Shown here: positions 50,390 to 58,261 of the stretch, one piece after another
How positions within the stretch are numbered: the first letter of the stretch is position 1
Layout: each line of letters begins with the position of its first letter
From: an uncultured Spirochaetaceae bacterium
Lineage (GTDB): Bacteria; Spirochaetota; Spirochaetia; Treponematales; Treponemataceae
Length of the DNA stretch: 64,000 bases
Assembly (NCBI GenBank): GCA_902799665.1
Contig: CADCBK010000003.1
Span: 7,566 to 71,565, forward strand
Direction of reading: 5' to 3'
The notes under the pieces: generated by a model
Seen by the model: the letters and a program-made list of their open reading frames with translations, nothing else
What the model was told of the DNA's origin: nothing
Databases searched by the model: none
Made by a program: the position numbers and the translations under genes

Positions 50390-50698
50390 ATGGAAAACAA
50401 AAAAACGGTTGACAACGACACGCTAGAAAAGTTGCTTTATCTTTCGCGCCTTTCGCCGGAGAGCACCGACTTGGCCACGCTCAAAAAGCAAGTTGACGAC
50501 ATTGTAGGATACTTTGACATTCTTTCTAAATACGACGACAGCGAAAATCCCTATGACGCTTATCCTTCCACCCAGGCCGAGGCCTTGCGCGAAGACAGCG
50601 TGGTCGCCGGCCTTGACATTCCCGACGTGAAGAAAGTCACCGAAAACTTTATGGACGGCTACTTCCAAGTTCCCAAGGTTTTGGGGGAAGGGGCTTGA
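50390..50698 (+). CDS. gatC: Asp/Glu-tRNA amidotransferase subunit C
   Basis: LSRL, LRED, YFQVPKV; directly upstream of gatA. Confidence 0.9.
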   Translation: MENKKTVDNDTLEKLLYLSRLSPESTDLATLKKQVDDIVGYFDILSKYDDSENPYDAYPSTQAEALREDSVVAGLDIPDVKKVTENFMDGYFQVPKVLGEGA

Positions 50699-50795
50699 GA
50701 AAAACACATCCGTGTGTTTTTCTCAAGAATGGAGAATTGCCTGCGTCAATTCTCCAAGTTCATTGGCCGCGCCTCCTGCGCGGCATCGGTTGAGA
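50694..50795. repeat. Three tandem hairpins bracketed by a TTGAGA direct repeat
   Basis: Stems at 50694-50727, 50730-50756 and 50766-50784. Confidence 0.75.
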
Positions 50796-50810
50796 TAATT
50801 AGAGGAATAT

Positions 50811-52382
50811 ATGAACAACATAACACAGGCGCGAGAGGCGCTAAAAAACGGAAGCGTCAGTTCTGAGGCGCTGGTTCAAAAATCTGTGGCCACTTTTGAG
50901 GCGGACAAAAATTCCGCCTTGCCCCTAAACGCCTTTTTGGAAATTTACGACGACGCTTTGGAGCTTGCAAAAGAAGCCGACAAAGAAATCGCGGCCGCCC
51001 GCAGCGCCGGAACGCTTGACGCTCTCTTTGAGCAAAAGCCGCTTTTGGGCTTGCCCTTTGCGGTAAAGGACAACATCAGCGTAAAAGGAAAGCGCCTCAC
51101 TTGCGCGAGCAAAATTTTAAGCGGCTACGTCGCTCCCTACGACGCGACAGTCACCGCTCGCCTTAAGGCCGCCGGAGCCATTCCGCTTGGCCGCTGCAAC
51201 CAGGACGAATTCGCGATGGGCTCGTCAACCGAGTATTCTTCTTACGGCCCCACGCGAAATCCAATAAACCGCCAGTATGTTTCGGGCGGATCTTCGGGCG
51301 GCTCGACAGCCGCCGTCGCCGCAAACCAGGCGCTCTTTGGCTTGGGAACGGAAACAGGCGGCTCGGTGCGCCTTCCAGCTTCCTACTGCGGAGTCTACGG
51401 CCTTAAGCCGACCTACGGCGTTCTTAGCCGTTGGGGAGTCGTGGCCTACGGAAGCTCGCTTGACCAAGTCGGAATCATCGCGCACACGCCTAGCGACATC
51501 GCTCAAACTTTGAGCGTTTTGGCCGGAGCGGATTTTTACGACGACACTTCCGCCGACCTTCCGCAAAAAGAAGATTTGAAAAATCTTACCGCTTTTGGAG
51601 CGGAAGAATTTTCAAAATTGAAAATCGCGATTCCAAAACAATTTTTGGAAAGCAAGGGCCTTTTGCCCGACGTTGGCGTTGTCTTTGAGCAGACAAGAAA
51701 ATGGTTTGAGGAAAAGGGCGCCAAGATTGAAGTGGTTGACCTTCCGATTTTGGACGCGTCAATCGCAAGCTACTATGTCATCGCCTTGTCGGAAGCGGCG
51801 TCCAACCTTAGCCGCTTTGACGGAATCCGCTACGGCGCGCGCGTCGACAAGGGAAACGGCTACGACGAGCTTTACGTTGACACACGAAGCGCGGGCTTTG
51901 GTCCCGAAGTCAAGCGCCGCATCGTTATCGGAAACTATGTTTTGTCGGAACAGTTTTCCGGCGACACTTACAAAAAGGGAATGACCGTGCGCGCCAGAAT
52001 CCAGCGCGAGATGGCGGAACTTTTCAAGAGCTACGATTTGGTTCTTTGCCCCACGTGTCCGACTCCGGCCTTTAAGCTGGGCCAAAAAGTTGACGACCCG
52101 CTTGAGATGTACCTAAGCGACTTGTTCACCACGTTTGTAAACTTGGCGCGCATTCCGTCGCTAAGCGTTCCCGCCGGCCACACAAGCGGAACGGGAGTGC
52201 AAGCCGGAATCACCAAAGGCTTTGACGGAGAATTCGCGGCGGCTGCCAAGCGCGGCGACAGCGACTCAATGCCTGTCGGCATCCAGTTTGCCGGCCCCAT
52301 GTTCAGCGAGGCAAAGATTTTGCGCGTCGCCGCCGCATGGGAAGCCGAGCACCCCGGCTGCGGCTGTCCAGTCGGGGAGTAA
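50811..52382 (+). CDS. gatA: Asp/Glu-tRNA amidotransferase subunit A
   Basis: KDN, DEFAMGSS, GGSSGGS, ETGGSVRLPA, SNLSRFDGIRYG. Confidence 0.96.
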   Translation: MNNITQAREALKNGSVSSEALVQKSVATFEADKNSALPLNAFLEIYDDALELAKEADKEIAAARSAGTLDALFEQKPLLGLPFAVKDNISVKGKRLTCASKILSGYVAPYDATVTARLKAAGAIPLGRCNQDEFAMGSSTEYSSYGPTRNPINRQYVSGGSSGGSTAAVAANQALFGLGTETGGSVRLPASYCGVYGLKPTYGVLSRWGVVAYGSSLDQVGIIAHTPSDIAQTLSVLAGADFYDDTSADLPQKEDLKNLTAFGAEEFSKLKIAIPKQFLESKGLLPDVGVVFEQTRKWFEEKGAKIEVVDLPILDASIASYYVIALSEAASNLSRFDGIRYGARVDKGNGYDELYVDTRSAGFGPEVKRRIVIGNYVLSEQFSGDTYKKGMTVRARIQREMAELFKSYDLVLCPTCPTPAFKLGQKVDDPLEMYLSDLFTTFVNLARIPSLSVPAGHTSGTGVQAGITKGFDGEFAAAAKRGDSDSMPVGIQFAGPMFSEAKILRVAAAWEAEHPGCGCPVGE

Positions 52383-52397
52383 AGCGCGAGGAATGAG

Positions 52398-52431
52398 AAG
52401 GCCGCCCGGTTTTCGGGCGGCCTTTGTTTTT
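52398..52431 (+). terminator. Intrinsic terminator after gatA
   Basis: AAGGCCGCCCG stem followed by a T-rich tail. Confidence 0.8.
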
Positions 52432-52453
52432 GTGGCGGAGGAGGGCTGCGGCT

Positions 52454-53281
52454 TTATGCGGTCGCTTCGGCGCTCACAATTTCTTTTACTTGGGCTTCTG
52501 TCATGCCGAGCGACTTTGCGATTATTTCAACGGAGACGCCGTTGGCGTAAAGGTTTTTGGCGTTCTCAATGGCGGTCTGTTTTGCGCCTTCTTCGCGGCC
52601 CCTGTCATATTCGTAAACTTTTTCGCGTTCCCATTCCATATACTGTTTTCTCCATTGCGTGTTGCGTTTTGCGTCGGCGACAAGCCTTGTGATTTTTTCC
52701 GTAAAATCGTTTGAGCTTGAATTGCTGGTCAACAAGCGCAAGAAAGCCTTTTGCTTTTCGTCCAATAGTTTATCACAATTCTTGGAAATAAAAAAGAGTT
52801 TTTGAGCTCTGTCTCCCAATTTTGTTTTCTTGTCTTCAAGGCAAAGATGTTCAAAAGTGTATTTTGCCAGCCCCTGTTTGAATATGTCGTCAATGCAAAT
52901 AAAAATGATGAACGAGGTTTTTAGGTCTTTGTACTTTTGTCCCGACTTTAAAAGGTCAACGTCAATTACGCCTTGATAGTAGCGCGCGCGTTCCGCCAGC
53001 TCCCCTGTGTTTGTGGTCTGAAGCTCGATGTTGTAAACTTTTTTGCCGTCGCCGTCTTTTACATAAACGTCCATTCTGATTCCCTTGCTGCCAAAGTCAA
53101 TGCCGATTTCTTCTTCTTGCGACATTTGGACGCTTTCTATCTTGAACTCCAAAAGAATTTCCAACAGTTCCTTGCAAACAGCCGGATTATTTCTCATTAC
53201 CTTATAGAAAATGAAGTTGTTGGCAATCGTGGCGTTTTCCCACTTTTCTTCGAGCGTTTGCTCTTTTTGAATTTCGCTCAT
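52454..53281 (-). CDS. Rpn-family PD-(D/E)XK nuclease (PDDEXK_2 'transposase')
   Basis: FIFYKVM, RMDVYV, NIELQ, RARYYQ, and tail GREEG..AKNL..G. Confidence 0.88.
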   Translation of the reverse strand: MSEIQKEQTLEEKWENATIANNFIFYKVMRNNPAVCKELLEILLEFKIESVQMSQEEEIGIDFGSKGIRMDVYVKDGDGKKVYNIELQTTNTGELAERARYYQGVIDVDLLKSGQKYKDLKTSFIIFICIDDIFKQGLAKYTFEHLCLEDKKTKLGDRAQKLFFISKNCDKLLDEKQKAFLRLLTSNSSSNDFTEKITRLVADAKRNTQWRKQYMEWEREKVYEYDRGREEGAKQTAIENAKNLYANGVSVEIIAKSLGMTEAQVKEIVSAEATA

Positions 53282-53287
53282 TGCGAA

Positions 53288-53320
53288 CCTCCTTATAGTT
53301 TTTCTTAACTATAAGGTAGG
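53288..53320 (-). promoter_or_regulatory. Hairpin occluding the rpn RBS
   Basis: Minus strand reads CCTACCTTATAGTT-aagaaa-AACTATAAGGAGG. Confidence 0.65.
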
Positions 53321-53490
53321 AATTTTTATTCATTTTTTAGCGTTTTTTTTGAAAAGTCGTGAAGAATTTTTAGGGAAAAGTTGGCGGAGCGCTTGTTGTT
53401 TGTATGGCGGGCTTTTGCCGATAACATAAAAACACCCTGCAAACCAATGATTTGAAAGGCTCACAGGGTGTTTTATTATGACTTTAATTT

Positions 53491-54138
53491 TTAGCGCTCT
53501 AAGTATTTCCATTCAGGAAAGTGCTTTTCACAATTGAAATCGCCGCCGGATTGTTCTGTTCTTTCATCAGAACTTTCTGTTTTTGGGTATATTCTATAAC
53601 CTATACCTGCAGTGCCAATTTTTTCGGTCATTTGAGAATTCAAGACCCATATTGATTCACTATTTGCAAAAGCTCTATAATTAAGCCCATTTTTCACATA
53701 CGGAATACACTTATAAAAACTCTCACAGTTATTTGATGTTTTTGACTCACAACTGAGTTTATAACCTAGGACATTAGAATAATGATGTTCAAACCATCTG
53801 ATTGGAAGATACTTGATAACAGGGTCAACTTCAGTAAGACTCTTCTCAATAGTTGACTTGCTGATGTAAACCCAGTTAACGCCATATTCTGAATCTTTCG
53901 GAATTTCGTGATAACCTGTCAAGTTAACTTTATCAGTAAAATCAACTTTGTGAGTTCCAGAATTGTCTTCCTGATAAACTGTAGTCTTTTTAGGATACTG
54001 CGTTGTTGTAGTAACTGTCGTTTCAGGCTGCGTAGGAGCAGTTGTCGGAAACGTTGTCAACGCAGGATTTCCTGCTGAATTTGAGCAAGACGCAAGAACT
54101 ACTACACAACCAACCAAACCAAAAATAAGTTTCTTCAT
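53491..54138 (-). CDS. Putative lipoprotein
   Basis: MKK-hydrophobic-LASC lipobox, Thr/Pro linker, AGGAGG RBS, AT-rich codon usage. Confidence 0.8.
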   Translation of the reverse strand: MKKLIFGLVGCVVVLASCSNSAGNPALTTFPTTAPTQPETTVTTTTQYPKKTTVYQEDNSGTHKVDFTDKVNLTGYHEIPKDSEYGVNWVYISKSTIEKSLTEVDPVIKYLPIRWFEHHYSNVLGYKLSCESKTSNNCESFYKCIPYVKNGLNYRAFANSESIWVLNSQMTEKIGTAGIGYRIYPKTESSDERTEQSGGDFNCEKHFPEWKYLER

Positions 54139-54161
54139 ATAATTACCTCCTGAATAACTAT

Positions 54162-54650
54162 TTAAACGGTTTCTCCAGACCAGAGCTCCGAATCATGCAA
54201 ATATAGTTTTTCATCAGATTCTTTGCCTTTTTGCTGTTTCTGTAATTCAGAAATTTTTTCTTGCCATTTCGTTTTGCTCTCGCCTATTTTTAAAGCTTTT
54301 TTTACGTTCGCGTCCCAGATTAGGGGGTAGTCTTTTGGATTAACGATGTGGCAAATTTTTGAGATGAACGATGTCGGCTTTTTTCCAGAAAATTCTTTTA
54401 CGGAAAAAATGTCGTATTTTCCGTCTTCTATTTTTGAAAGATTGCTTCTGACATATTCTGAAAAATTCGGAAAGTCTTTTGTCTTGATGTTTCTTAAGAC
54501 GCCGCTGCCTCTTCCTACAACGTCATGAAGGACTTTTTCAAAATCATTTTTGTTGTCTTTGTATTGGTCGATTAATTTTGCGGACTCAATTTTCCACAGT
54601 TGCGCTGTTTTTGTGTTGTAGTCCTTTACGCTTTTTTCTACGTCGCTCAT
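54162..54650 (-). CDS. Hypothetical protein with SKxxH..P..P.WD.V motif (HhH/glycosylase-like, tentative)
   Basis: SFISKICHIVNPKDYPLIWDANVKKAL; GAGGAG RBS. Confidence 0.65.
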   Translation of the reverse strand: MSDVEKSVKDYNTKTAQLWKIESAKLIDQYKDNKNDFEKVLHDVVGRGSGVLRNIKTKDFPNFSEYVRSNLSKIEDGKYDIFSVKEFSGKKPTSFISKICHIVNPKDYPLIWDANVKKALKIGESKTKWQEKISELQKQQKGKESDEKLYLHDSELWSGETV

Positions 54651-54684
54651 TTTTCATCTCCTCTACATTCTAAATATTGTAAAA

Positions 54685-54733
54685 TACAATAAATAAACTT
54701 GTATTCTGAAATTATACAATCAATAATATTGTA
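54685..54733. promoter_or_regulatory. Putative XRE operator pair
   Basis: TACAA-N9-TTGTA at 54685-54703 and 54715-54733. Confidence 0.6.
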
Positions 54734-54765
54734 TGTCAATGCTAATAACAGTTTAAACTTTGCGC

Positions 54766-55098
54766 ATGGAATTTGAGGATTTTAAGAAGAATTTTTCAGA
54801 CCGTCTGCGAAAATTGAGGAACGACAAAAAAATATCTGCTAGAGAAATGAGCCTGTCGTTGGGGCAAAATGTCAACTATATAAATTACATCGAAAACGGG
54901 CGGAACTTTCCGTCGATGCAAGGCTTCTTTTTGATTTGCGACTACTTGGGAATCTCGCCCGCGGAATTTTTTGAAGGGTCTAGCGCGCGTTCCGGTGGTA
55001 ACAAAAAAAACATTGAAATCTTTCAATCGCTCACAAAAACGCAACAAGACAGCGTTATTATGATGATAAAGGAATTTGACAAGATTCTAAAGGAATAG
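54766..55098 (+). CDS. XRE-family HTH regulator
   Basis: SAREMSLSLG..YINYIENG..PS. Confidence 0.88.
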   Translation: MEFEDFKKNFSDRLRKLRNDKKISAREMSLSLGQNVNYINYIENGRNFPSMQGFFLICDYLGISPAEFFEGSSARSGGNKKNIEIFQSLTKTQQDSVIMMIKEFDKILKE

Positions 55099-55293
55099 TT
55101 AAAAATGATGGTCGATTCCGCTTTGCTTTATTATGGCTTTGGCGGTGTGGCGGGACTTGATTTTTGAATTGACTGTAAAATTTCGTTGTGTCATTGGGCT
55201 GTAATATATGTCATGGTCGCCCTTGCCATGACGGACAAAGCGTCAATTGTTCTTTAGGAGGATTTCCCGAACTTTTTTTTCGTATTCCGCCAT
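55099..55293 (-). pseudogene. hicA: HicA-family toxin with in-frame TGA at codon 17 (absent from the ORF track)
   Basis: MAEYEKKVREILLKNN*RFVRHGKGDHDIYYSPMTQRNFTVNSKIKSRHTAKAIIKQSGIDHHF. Confidence 0.85.
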
Positions 55294-55521
55294 TTACGCA
55301 AATGCCTTTTCGCGTCGTTCCACTTTAAAGAGAATGGATGGCACCTTTTTAGCGGAATTTAAATCCAACAGTTCTGGAGCGGCATAGCGGACACGTTCCA
55401 TAAGAGCGTCCAAAGAACCACCCTCCAAAACAAGGCCTGGAATGTCTTTGCTTTCGGCAATCCATACGCTGGCTTCGGAATCCCATGTAAAATGAACTTC
55501 GTATTCCATATTTGTCTCCAT
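55294..55521 (-). CDS. DUF1902 / HicB-like antitoxin
   Basis: WDSEASVWIAES.DIPGLVLE..S.D.L..R..A.PELL; abuts hicA. Confidence 0.85.
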   Translation of the reverse strand: METNMEYEVHFTWDSEASVWIAESKDIPGLVLEGGSLDALMERVRYAAPELLDLNSAKKVPSILFKVERREKAFA

Positions 55522-55566
55522 TTCTATTATAGCGCATTTTTAAGATTTTGCGCAATTTTCGCGCGC

Positions 55567-55596
55567 AAAAAAAAAGCCGCCCGCAATCGGGCGGCT
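55567..55596 (-). terminator. rib operon terminator
   Basis: AGCCGCCCG stem followed by a T-tract on the minus strand. Confidence 0.8.
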
Positions 55597-55620
55597 CAAC
55601 CAACGCGCTTCCTTGCTGCT

Positions 55621-56085
55621 TCAAATCTGTTCCATCACGTTGACCATCTCTATCGCGCTGAGGGCGCAGTCGTAGCCCTTGTTGCCGCTCTTGGCGCCGG
55701 CGCGGTCGATGGCTTGCTCCAAGTTGTCGGTGGTCAAGATTCCGAACAAGACTGGAACGCCTGTGTTGAACGAGGCTTGCGCGACGCCTTTGCTGACTTC
55801 GGCGCAAACGTAATCGTAGTGGCTGGTGCTGCCGCGGATTACCGCTCCAACGCAAATGACCGCGTCGTACTTTTTGCTGGCCGCCATTTTTTGCGCGACG
55901 ACGGGAATCTCAAACGCGCCCGGAACCCAAGCCGCGCTGATGTTGTCTTGCTCGACTCCGTGGCGCACAAGACCGTCAACCGCTCCGTCCAAAAGCTTTT
56001 GAACGATGAACGCGTTAAAGCGCGACGCCACGATTCCAACCTTCATGCCGCTTTTGGCGACTACCTTTCCTTCAATCAATTTCAT
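55621..56085 (-). CDS. ribH: 6,7-dimethyl-8-ribityllumazine synthase
   Basis: [24 protein letters not shown]. Confidence 0.97.
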   Translation of the reverse strand: MKLIEGKVVAKSGMKVGIVASRFNAFIVQKLLDGAVDGLVRHGVEQDNISAAWVPGAFEIPVVAQKMAASKKYDAVICVGAVIRGSTSHYDYVCAEVSKGVAQASFNTGVPVLFGILTTDNLEQAIDRAGAKSGNKGYDCALSAIEMVNVMEQI

Positions 56086-56093
56086 ATAACCTC

Positions 56094-57308
56094 CTAATTA
56101 ACATTGATATGGTCAAAGATGTGGCCCATTTTTTCCTTCTTGGTGCGAAGGTAAAATTTGTCAAACTTTGACGGCGGAATTTCTATCGACACGCGCTCGG
56201 CGACTTTTATTCCAAAGCCGTCAAGCCCGTAAATCTTTTGCGGATTGTTTGTCAAAAGGCGCAGGGACTTTATTCCCAGGTCGCGCAAGATTTGCGCTCC
56301 GATCCAGTATTCGCGCAAGTCGGGGGCAAAGCCCAACTTTAAATTCGCTTCCACAGTGTCGTAGCCGTTTTCTTGCAGCATGTAAGTCTTTAGCTTGTTG
56401 ATCAGTCCGATGCCGCGCCCTTCCTGGCGCATGTAAAGCAAAACGCCCCGGCCTTCTTTTTCTATCGTCTTCATCGCTTGGCGCAGTTGCGGGCCGCAGT
56501 CGCAGCGCTGGCTTCCAAATACGTCGCCTGTCAAACATTCGGAGTGAACGCGGCACAAAACTTTTTCGCCGTCGCCGATGTCGCCTTTTACAAGCGCGAT
56601 GTGGTGCTCGCCGGTAAGGTCGTCGGTGTAACCGTAAATGTCAAAGTCGCCAAACTCGCTTGGGAGCTTTGCCTTTGCTTCCTGAACGACGTGCTTGTCA
56701 TGGACGCGGCAGTAGTCGGCCAGCGCTTTTATCGTGATGTATTTTAGCCCGAACTTTTGCGCGATTTGGTAAACTTTCTCGCCGCGCGCCATTGTTCCGT
56801 CGTCGTCCATAATCTCGCAGCAAACGCCGCATTCCTTAAGGCCGGCCAAGCGGCAAAGGTCAACGGTGGCTTCCGTGTGCCCGGCGCGGACAAGCACTCC
56901 GCCTTTTTTCGCGATAAGGGGAAAGGTGTGGCCGGGCCTTCTAAAATCTTTTGGCGTGGAATCTGGATCGACGCACGCTTGAATCGTTCGCGCACGCTCT
57001 GCGGCTGAGATTCCCGTCGTGGTGGAAACGTGGTCAATCGAAACGGTGAAGGCCGTCTCGTGGTTGTCGGTGTTCTCGGCCACCATCGGGTAAAGGCCAA
57101 GCCGGTTTGCCATGCCTTCGCTGAGCGGGGTGCAAATCAAGCCCTTTGCGTGCGTCGCGATAAAGTTGATGTTCGCTTGCGTCGCGAACTGCGCTGCGCA
57201 AATCATGTCGCCTTCGTTCTCGCGGTTTTCATCGTCGCTTACAAGAATTATTTTTCCTTGCCGCAATTCCTCAAGCGCCTCTTCGATTGTGTTGTATTTT
57301 ATTTCCAT
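56094..57308 (-). CDS. ribBA: Bifunctional DHBP synthase / GTP cyclohydrolase II
   Basis: [39 protein letters not shown]. Confidence 0.97.
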   Translation of the reverse strand: MEIKYNTIEEALEELRQGKIILVSDDENRENEGDMICAAQFATQANINFIATHAKGLICTPLSEGMANRLGLYPMVAENTDNHETAFTVSIDHVSTTTGISAAERARTIQACVDPDSTPKDFRRPGHTFPLIAKKGGVLVRAGHTEATVDLCRLAGLKECGVCCEIMDDDGTMARGEKVYQIAQKFGLKYITIKALADYCRVHDKHVVQEAKAKLPSEFGDFDIYGYTDDLTGEHHIALVKGDIGDGEKVLCRVHSECLTGDVFGSQRCDCGPQLRQAMKTIEKEGRGVLLYMRQEGRGIGLINKLKTYMLQENGYDTVEANLKLGFAPDLREYWIGAQILRDLGIKSLRLLTNNPQKIYGLDGFGIKVAERVSIEIPPSKFDKFYLRTKKEKMGHIFDHINVN

Positions 57309-57420
57309 ATTTTCTCCTTGAATTCATTTCGGCTGACCGCGCGCGCCGGTTGGCAAGCACGGTTGTTGCCGCTTATGCGGCTAACAAAAAATTGTTGTCT
57401 TGCTTTAGTTTTCATTGCCG

Positions 57421-58101
57421 CTAAAAACCTCGCTCTCTTAAAAATTCTTCTGTTATGGCGGAACTGTCGCTCTCGCCGGAACGGTAGCCGCCGCCGAAAT
57501 TGCCCGCAAGCCCAAGAAGCCGCTGGACATATTTTCCGACGATGTCGTTTTCCAAGTTCACTTTGTCGCCGGCTTTTTTATCTAGCAGCGTTGTCTCCTC
57601 TCCCGTATGCGGAATGACAGAAACTGCGAATCGCCCCGCCTCAAGTTTTGCGACGGTAAGGCTGATTCCGTCAATCGCAATCGAACCTTTCTCTACGATT
57701 AAGTTTAAGACTGAATCGCTCGCGCTGACGCAAACCCAAACGGCGTTTCCTTCGCGCTCTAGCTTTTCGATAGTTCCCGTGCCGTCGATGTGGCCGCTGA
57801 CGATGTGGCCGCCAAAACGTCCGTCCGCAGCCATCGCGCGCTCAAGGTTCACTTGGCTTCCGACGGCAAGGCTTACAAGATTTGAGCGGCGCAAGGTTTC
57901 GGCCATTACGTCCGCGGTAAAGAAGTCCGCGCCCAAGCTTGTCGCGGTAAGGCAAACGCCGTTTACCGCAATACTGTCGCCGACTTTTGTTCCTTGTAAA
58001 ATTTTTTGCGCGCGGATTTTTATTCTGGCTCCCTTGCCGTCCGCCGCTCCCATTTCAAGGCTGGCCACCGCGCCTTTTTCTTCTATTATTCCTGTGAACA
58101 C
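57421..58101 (-). CDS. ribE: Riboflavin synthase (alpha chain)
   Basis: GGAGG RBS plus GTG; FTGIIEE, NGVCLT, GGHIVSGHID. Confidence 0.96.
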   Translation of the reverse strand: MFTGIIEEKGAVASLEMGAADGKGARIKIRAQKILQGTKVGDSIAVNGVCLTATSLGADFFTADVMAETLRRSNLVSLAVGSQVNLERAMAADGRFGGHIVSGHIDGTGTIEKLEREGNAVWVCVSASDSVLNLIVEKGSIAIDGISLTVAKLEAGRFAVSVIPHTGEETTLLDKKAGDKVNLENDIVGKYVQRLLGLAGNFGGGYRSGESDSSAITEEFLRERGF

Positions 58102-58261
58102 TATGTCCTCCATAAAGCGCCGCTGTTCGCGCGAGCCATTTGCGAGCGCGATTGCCCGCTCGCGTAAGCGAGCAAGTGAATGACTCCTTTGCGCAAAACG
58201 GCAACGCCGTAATGTTGCGGCTTATGCGGCAATCCTTCGTTTATGGGCTTGCCATCGTTAT

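Noticed and set aside
52454-53281. Rpn gene as an IS element
   Set aside because: No terminal inverted repeats or target duplication are visible, and the family is not shown to transpose.
53426-53476. Inverted repeat after the lipoprotein gene as an integron attC site
   Set aside because: It lacks matching RYYYAAC/GTTRRRY ends, is a single copy and has no integrase nearby. A terminator-like hairpin is more likely.
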